Of a stretch of DNA of 20,000 bases, positions 16,217-20,000 are shown one piece after another. The position numbers were made by a program, and so were the translations under genes. Under the pieces are notes generated by a model. It was not told the DNA's origin and did no database searches. It saw nothing but the letters and a program-made list of their open reading frames with translations. Position 1 is the stretch's first letter; each line of letters begins with the position of its first letter. Source of the stretch: an uncultured virus (IMG/VR IMGVR_UViG_3300030376_003448). Lineage: Duplodnaviria > Heunggongvirae > Uroviricota > Caudoviricetes. Where the stretch lies: IMG/VR virus record IMGVR_UViG_3300030376_003448; one strand, written 5' to 3'.

Positions 16217-16247
16217 TTTAACTCTACTGCTTTGTGTCACAAGCGTC
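16217..16247 (-). promoter_or_regulatory. Repeat promoter module copy 7
   Basis: Plus strand tttaactctactgctttgtgtcacaagcgtc, 40 nt from ATG 16193. Confidence 0.85.
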
Positions 16248-16275
16248 CTTAACAATTCTTCTTCCTTTATTCTAC

Positions 16276-16491
16276 TCATGATAATACCTCGACATCATCC
16301 TCATCCTCTCCGCCCACTGTTTCCCAATGGACGAACACCGGTGGATTGCCCGTAAAGGAGCAGGTGATTCTCTCGGCTTCCGCCAATCCGGTGACGTAGC
16401 CCACGCCTTCGACGTGATACACTCCGATAACCTCTGTATCGTAATCATCGTGCATCTCCCTCCATCTTCTCAATTGTAGCTCACTGTGCAT
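16276..16491 (-). CDS. Hypothetical acidic protein
   Basis: 71-aa ORF with SD AGGAGG. Confidence 0.7.
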   Translation of the reverse strand: MHSELQLRRWREMHDDYDTEVIGVYHVEGVGYVTGLAEAERITCSFTGNPPVFVHWETVGGEDEDDVEVLS

Positions 16492-16493
16492 TT

Positions 16494-16754
16494 CTAATCC
16501 TCCTTTAGTAAGTCCAAAGACTTTGGGGGGCTAAGGTCGAGGGCGTACATCTTCAACCCATCTCTAGGGGCAACCAATCCATTCTCCATTAGGTAGTCCC
16601 ATGAGAATGAACCGAGTATCTCCTCTATGAGCTGGACTTTTGTCATGTACCCCAACCCAGAGAGCTGATACTCTGTGTCCGTCATCGGGACACCGTTCCT
16701 CTTTACTTGGCGGTCTAGTGCTTTCCTTTCATACATCGGCTTGTTCTGCTTCAT
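16494..16754 (-). CDS. Hypothetical protein
   Basis: 86 aa; first gene of a cassette. Confidence 0.75.
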   Translation of the reverse strand: MKQNKPMYERKALDRQVKRNGVPMTDTEYQLSGLGYMTKVQLIEEILGSFSWDYLMENGLVAPRDGLKMYALDLSPPKSLDLLKED

Positions 16755-16776
16755 ATTCCTTCCTCTCCTTCATTAC

Positions 16777-16808
16777 TTAAGAACCCGTCGTTCTGTGTCA
16801 CAAGCGTC
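16777..16808 (-). promoter_or_regulatory. Repeat promoter module copy 8
   Basis: Plus strand ttaagaacccgtcgttctgtgtcacaagcgtc, 40 nt from ATG 16754. Confidence 0.85.
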
Positions 16809-16809
16809 A

Positions 16810-17187
16810 TTACTCCTCATCCCACTCGGATTCTACCTTTCTGAATCTTGGCATCCTATCGTATACTAACTCAAGTAGTACCCGGTGCGATTCAGCATCT
16901 CCGTCAAAGCATTCCATACTCTCTCCGGTCTGCCATCTGGTTAGATAGGTTAAACACAATCGCTTGATTTCTTTTGCCGTAATTCTAGAGGGGTGGTATG
17001 TGTTATGCTCCCAATCCCATATCCTTTGAATGGCTTCCGACCTACTGTGAGTATCGTTGATGTTTAGGACGTACCCTAATATCATGGCAACATCTTCAAC
17101 ATCTACTGTTTCCGGCTCCGGTCTTATTGTCATCCTGACCTGCCCGTTCTTCCTCATGGCTATTGTGCCGTGTCTGCCCACACTCAT
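16810..17187 (-). CDS. Hypothetical protein
   Basis: 125 aa with SD AGGAGG. Its stop abuts the repeat. Confidence 0.75.
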   Translation of the reverse strand: MSVGRHGTIAMRKNGQVRMTIRPEPETVDVEDVAMILGYVLNINDTHSRSEAIQRIWDWEHNTYHPSRITAKEIKRLCLTYLTRWQTGESMECFDGDAESHRVLLELVYDRMPRFRKVESEWDEE

Positions 17188-17188
17188 C

Positions 17189-17314
17189 CTAATTCCTCCT
17201 ATCTACGGTGTTCATCCACGCTTGTATTACCTTTACCACAAACGCCCCTTCGTCTATCTCGCCGTTGTCATATTCGTCTATCAATCTCCAAACATACTGT
17301 TTTACATCTGTCAT
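17189..17314 (-). CDS. 41-aa hypothetical protein (not in ORF track)
   Basis: MTDVKQYVWRLIDEYDNGEIDEGAFVVKVIQAWMNTVDRRN*, SD AGGAG. Alternative start 17323. Confidence 0.7.
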   Translation of the reverse strand: MTDVKQYVWRLIDEYDNGEIDEGAFVVKVIQAWMNTVDRRN

Positions 17315-17358
17315 CGTTGTCATCTCCTTGTTCTTATCCTGTCCTTTCTTTCATTCCT

Positions 17359-17389
17359 TTTAACTCTGTTGAATTGTGTCGCAAGCGTC
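17359..17389 (-). promoter_or_regulatory. Repeat promoter module copy 9
   Basis: Plus strand tttaactctgttgaattgtgtcgcaagcgtc. Confidence 0.85.
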
Positions 17390-17391
17390 GT

Positions 17392-17577
17392 CTATGCCTC
17401 CCCAAACCTCGCTTTAGCTTCGGCTTCGGCCTCGACCCTAGTGTGGCCCCATGCGTAATTATCCTCGTTGTACCCCATCATCAACCACTCAATCAAATCA
17501 TCCTTTGATGTGCCAATCTTGTAAGGCTCATCCGGCTGGTATCTATACACGACCCACATAGGCCATCCCTTCTTCAT
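17392..17577 (-). CDS. Hypothetical protein
   Basis: 61 aa with SD GGAGGTG. Its stop abuts the repeat. Confidence 0.7.
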   Translation of the reverse strand: MKKGWPMWVVYRYQPDEPYKIGTSKDDLIEWLMMGYNEDNYAWGHTRVEAEAEAKARFGEA

Positions 17578-17913
17578 CTACGCCACCTCCTCTTTGACAG
17601 TGTGATAAGCTGACATTGATGCGGGCCAATTTGTGTGCCTCACGTATGAGTCAATGTCCTGACCTCTCCATAGGTCATATGCGTCCCTTTGAGCGTACCC
17701 ATCTCTTGATTCCTCGGCCTTTTCGTACATCAGCTCAATGATTCTTTCGCAGTGTTCTGCGATGAATCTAAGCTCGTTGGCTTTGTGGGATAGCTGGTCA
17801 TTCTGTATTGCCATAATTTGCCAATGTCTTTTGGATAGCATCTTTCTGTTTTCGATGCGCTCCCTCATCTTAGCGTTCTTTGTCGGGCTTGTTGTCTGGT
17901 TTCCTTCTTCCAT
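17578..17913 (-). CDS. Hypothetical protein
   Basis: 111 aa; first gene of a cassette. Confidence 0.75.
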   Translation of the reverse strand: MEEGNQTTSPTKNAKMRERIENRKMLSKRHWQIMAIQNDQLSHKANELRFIAEHCERIIELMYEKAEESRDGYAQRDAYDLWRGQDIDSYVRHTNWPASMSAYHTVKEEVA

Positions 17914-17936
17914 ATTGTGTCCTCTCCTTCGTTGTA

Positions 17937-17967
17937 TTTAACTGCTCTCATTTGTGTCACAAGCGTC
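17937..17967 (-). promoter_or_regulatory. Repeat promoter module copy 10
   Basis: Plus strand tttaactgctctcatttgtgtcacaagcgtc, 40 nt from ATG 17913. Confidence 0.85.
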
Positions 17968-18180
17968 ATCGGCTATGCCGTGATAATCGCTACCTATACC
18001 GAACAGGCTTTCCATGTGTTCCCAATCTCTTAACTGCCTCGCCTCCATGTAATCCTCCATTAAGATAATCTCATTATCCCCATCAAGGAACAGGCTTTTG
18101 CCATCGGTCCATTGTATCACTGTGTATAACCTCTTAGGGCCGTTTTCAATTTCGTATGTTGCTTCATCGTAATCTTTCAT
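17938..18180 (-). CDS. Hypothetical acidic protein ending inside the repeat
   Basis: 80 aa. The C-terminus DDACDTNESS* is encoded by repeat copy 10. Confidence 0.75.
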   Translation of the reverse strand: MKDYDEATYEIENGPKRLYTVIQWTDGKSLFLDGDNEIILMEDYMEARQLRDWEHMESLFGIGSDYHGIADDACDTNESS

Positions 18181-18203
18181 ATTCTATCCTCCTTATCTTT
18201 TTA

Positions 18204-18233
18204 TTTAAGTCTGTCTTTTTGTGTCACAAGCGT
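18204..18233 (-). promoter_or_regulatory. Repeat promoter module copy 11
   Basis: Plus strand tttaagtctgtctttttgtgtcacaagcgt, 40 nt from ATG 18180. Confidence 0.85.
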
Positions 18234-18238
18234 TGTTC

Positions 18239-18580
18239 TTACTCCTCCTCAGAGTTTGGTCCGGTGGGCCAATAATCTCCATCGTCCTCCTCATCGGCGG
18301 GCCAATCTTCACCATAGACACAGTAGTCTTGATTAAACATAGCTTGAAGGCTTGAGATAAGCGTCTTGACCTGCTTGGGTGTGAGGAATGCGTGAACGTG
18401 GTCGTTACCTGCGTTTATGCCTATGAAAGCCATGTGTGGGCGATAGCACCCCCTCTTTAGGTATAGCTCGCCACGGCCATTGAACACCGGGTCGTGCATG
18501 GGTTTCTCGTCGGCTACCTGCCTTCGCCAATTGTATAGGGCCACCTTTACATCGGCATCCTCAATGAATTCTGTACCCAT
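18239..18580 (-). CDS. Hypothetical protein
   Basis: 113 aa, TGATG-coupled to the upstream gene. Confidence 0.75.
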   Translation of the reverse strand: MGTEFIEDADVKVALYNWRRQVADEKPMHDPVFNGRGELYLKRGCYRPHMAFIGINAGNDHVHAFLTPKQVKTLISSLQAMFNQDYCVYGEDWPADEEDDGDYWPTGPNSEEE

Positions 18581-18744
18581 CAATTCAGCCCCCTTGAAAC
18601 CCAGACTTCATCAATCAATGCCTTAGTATCAGCATCCCCTAACTGATACACCTTATTCAGCACTCTCTTGTATACAATCAATTCTTGTAATCTGGTTACA
18701 ATCAATTCTAATTCTTCTTTCGTGTTTGCTTCTTTGTTGCTCAT
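18580..18744 (-). CDS. 54-aa hypothetical protein (not in ORF track)
   Basis: MSNKEANTKEELELIVTRLQELIVYKRVLNKVYQLGDADTKALIDEVWVSRGLN*, preceded by the canonical leader. Confidence 0.8.
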   Translation of the reverse strand: MSNKEANTKEELELIVTRLQELIVYKRVLNKVYQLGDADTKALIDEVWVSRGLN

Positions 18745-18767
18745 ATTGTGTCCTCTCCTTCATTCTA

Positions 18768-18798
18768 TTTAACTGCTCTTATCTGTGTCACAAGCGTC
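18768..18798 (-). promoter_or_regulatory. Repeat promoter module copy 12
   Basis: Plus strand tttaactgctcttatctgtgtcacaagcgtc, 40 nt from ATG 18744. Confidence 0.85.
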
Positions 18799-18806
18799 GT
18801 TCTCTC

Positions 18807-19127
18807 CTACCAATCCCTAATTATGATTGTTGAATCCTCTGTGCGTCCGTTCCAATTGTACCCACCCGCTTCAATGACGATGGTGTAGAGGTCGATATCC
18901 TCGTCCTCATCAAGCCCGTAGGCTTTACGTACTTCGTCCTCGTCGGCGTACTCTGTATACTCGCAACAGATGGCGATGACATCAAGCTCAAGCTCAATGC
19001 CCCATTCTTCTTCAAGCTCTGTTAGGTACTCATACAGGGCTATTCTTCCGGGGCGGGTGAAGTTATCCTCTCGGTTCATATTCACAAATGCGTCTACAAA
19101 TGTTTGTTCGGTTACTGTCTGTTTCAT
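18807..19127 (-). CDS. Conserved acidic phage hypothetical protein
   Basis: 'R.DNFT..G..ALYEYL.ELEE..G.ELELDVIAICCEYTEY' pattern seen in a phage small-protein family. Confidence 0.8.
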   Translation of the reverse strand: MKQTVTEQTFVDAFVNMNREDNFTRPGRIALYEYLTELEEEWGIELELDVIAICCEYTEYADEDEVRKAYGLDEDEDIDLYTIVIEAGGYNWNGRTEDSTIIIRDW

Positions 19128-19150
19128 ATTGTGTCCTCTCCTTCATTTCT

Positions 19151-19181
19151 TTTAACTCTGTTGTTCTGTGTCACAAGCGTC
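19151..19181 (-). promoter_or_regulatory. Repeat promoter module copy 13 (hybrid of copies 14 and 15)
   Basis: Plus strand tttaactctgttgttctgtgtcacaagcgtc. Confidence 0.85.
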
Positions 19182-19183
19182 AT

Positions 19184-19303
19184 CTACTTCTTACTCCACG
19201 TCCTCTTGAGCCTCTCTGCTCTAAACTGTTCGTCCTTGATTTCCCTCTTTAGATATTGGCCAATCTTTCTCGCAAATTCTGTGTTTGTGCTTCTTCTTGA
19301 ATA
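19184..19303 (-). other. 3' fragment of an allelic variant of CDS 19672-19956 (alternative haplotype)
   Basis: Encodes ...EQFRAERLKRTWSKK* versus ...EQFRVERLKRKVENGTHPWSKK*. 19227-19303 is identical to 19736-19812 (77 bp). Confidence 0.85.
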
Positions 19304-19313
19304 NNNNNNNNNN

Positions 19314-19390
19314 TTCACAAATGCGTCTACAAATGTTTGTTCGGTTACTGTCTGTTTCATATTGTGTCCTCTCCTTCATTTCTTTTAACT
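19314..19390. repeat. 77-bp exact duplicate of 19081-19157 after a 10-N scaffold gap (assembly bubble overlap)
   Basis: Exact identity ends at TTTTAACT. Both gap flanks are duplicated over exactly 77 bp. Confidence 0.9.
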
Positions 19391-19414
19391 GTGTTGTTTT
19401 GTGTCACAAGCGTC
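19384..19414 (-). promoter_or_regulatory. Repeat promoter module copy 14
   Basis: Plus strand tttaactgtgttgttttgtgtcacaagcgtc. Confidence 0.85.
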
Positions 19415-19426
19415 ATTTATACTCCT

Positions 19427-19615
19427 TCAAAAATACTCATCCTTCAATGCCTCTAAAGCGCATGAACGGCAATATCTATTTCCGGCGTACATTCCATCAA
19501 GCTGGATATAGAGTCTTACTGCCTCTTTTCCGCAACCCATACAACACTCGGTCATAAATAGCTCCAAATCCATAGCTTTTTTTAGGCTCATCTTCTTTCT
19601 TGTTTCTTGGTTCAT
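19427..19615 (-). CDS. 62-aa Zn-finger protein; presence/absence cassette gene
   Basis: CCMGCG...YCRSC. Absent from the alternative haplotype. Confidence 0.8.
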   Translation of the reverse strand: MNQETRKKMSLKKAMDLELFMTECCMGCGKEAVRLYIQLDGMYAGNRYCRSCALEALKDEYF

Positions 19616-19638
19616 ATTGTGTCCTCTCCTTCTTTTTA

Positions 19639-19669
19639 TTTAACTCTGTTGTTCTGTGTCACAAGCGTC
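19639..19669 (-). promoter_or_regulatory. Repeat promoter module copy 15
   Basis: Plus strand tttaactctgttgttctgtgtcacaagcgtc, 40 nt from ATG 19615. Confidence 0.85.
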
Positions 19670-19671
19670 AT

Positions 19672-19956
19672 CTACTTTTTGCTCCACGGATGTGTGCCGT
19701 TCTCAACCTTCCTCTTGAGCCTCTCTACTCTAAATTGTTCGTCCTTGATTTCCCTCTTTAGATATTGGCCAATCTTTCTCGCAAATTCTGTGTTTGTGCT
19801 TCTTCTTGAATAGAGGTACACATTCTCTATTTTTCGTGCCGATGTGCGACATACTCTAATCACCGCATCAAGGTCGGTACTTTTCCCTCCCCATAAATCG
19901 CTACATTCGTTTTGGTATTCTTCGTATATCTGTTGTATCTCCTTTACTGCTTTCAT
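19672..19956 (-). CDS. Hypothetical basic protein
   Basis: 94 aa with SD AGGAGG. Its stop abuts repeat copy 15. Confidence 0.8.
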   Translation of the reverse strand: MKAVKEIQQIYEEYQNECSDLWGGKSTDLDAVIRVCRTSARKIENVYLYSRRSTNTEFARKIGQYLKREIKDEQFRVERLKRKVENGTHPWSKK

Positions 19957-19979
19957 ATTCTGTCCTCCTAATCTTTTTA

Positions 19980-20000
19980 TTTAACTGTGTTGTTTTGTTT
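19980..20000 (-). promoter_or_regulatory. Repeat promoter module copy 16 (truncated by window end)
   Basis: Plus strand tttaactgtgttgttttgttt, with the same 40-nt register to ATG 19956. Confidence 0.6.

Noticed and set aside
18673..18709. 13-bp direct repeat TACAATCAATTCT
   Set aside because: It is a short in-frame duplication (ELIV twice) within a 54-aa gene, with no sign of a regulatory role.
18821..19015. 64-aa minus-strand ORF
   Set aside because: It is nested out of frame within CDS 18807-19127.
19081..19390. True tandem gene duplication
   Set aside because: Both gap flanks are duplicated over exactly 77 bp around a 10-N spacer, which is more typical of an assembler bubble than of a biological duplication.
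195..19813. Plus-strand ORFs in the ORF track
   Set aside because: They are antisense shadows of well-supported minus-strand genes, are Ser/Leu-rich and lack recognisable motifs.
13611..20000. CRISPR array interpretation of the repeats
   Set aside because: Inter-repeat segments are about 230-1500 bp and hold complete genes. The repeats are degenerate in the middle, and no cas genes are seen.
13611..20000. Classical integron attC sites (GTTAAAT resembles the GTTRRRY core)
   Set aside because: There is no RYYYAAC inverse core and no long imperfect palindrome. Several copies deviate (CTTAAAT, GTTAAAA), and no integrase is present in the window. Kept only as an analogy.

Overview
This 20-kb window is most likely part of an archaeal tailed-virus genome. 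The gene content suggests a Magrovirus-like virus of Marine Group II/Poseidoniales (inference). Essentially all credible genes lie on the minus strand. The left ~9 kb is a core replication/chaperone module: GroEL plus a GroES-like co-chaperonin, an RPA/SSB-like OB-fold protein, an RFC small subunit, a possible degenerate RFC large subunit, a Zn-finger/HTH protein, a truncated MCM-type AAA+ helicase, a PAC2-like protein and winged-helix proteins. An AT-rich ~180-bp intergenic segment follows. The right ~11 kb is an accessory array of small genes: a MazG-like protein, a pyrimidine-dimer glycosylase family protein, DUF932, and several Cys-rich microproteins missed by the ORF track. The main feature is a ~30-55 bp intergenic module repeated 16 times (one degenerate, one truncated by the window end, one duplicated by an assembly bubble). 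Its minus-strand consensus is GACGCTTGYGACACA-N11-TTAAA-...-GAAGGAGAGGACACAAT-ATG, and the motif lies exactly 40 nt from the start codon in 10 copies. It splits the accessory region into promoter+gene cassettes. Around the N-gap at 19304-19313 the assembly holds two alternative haplotypes with exact 77-bp overlaps. They differ by precise gain or loss of one 255-bp cassette, and the hybrid repeat places the junction in the TTTAACT/TATA segment. This is direct evidence of repeat-bounded cassette gain or loss in the population.
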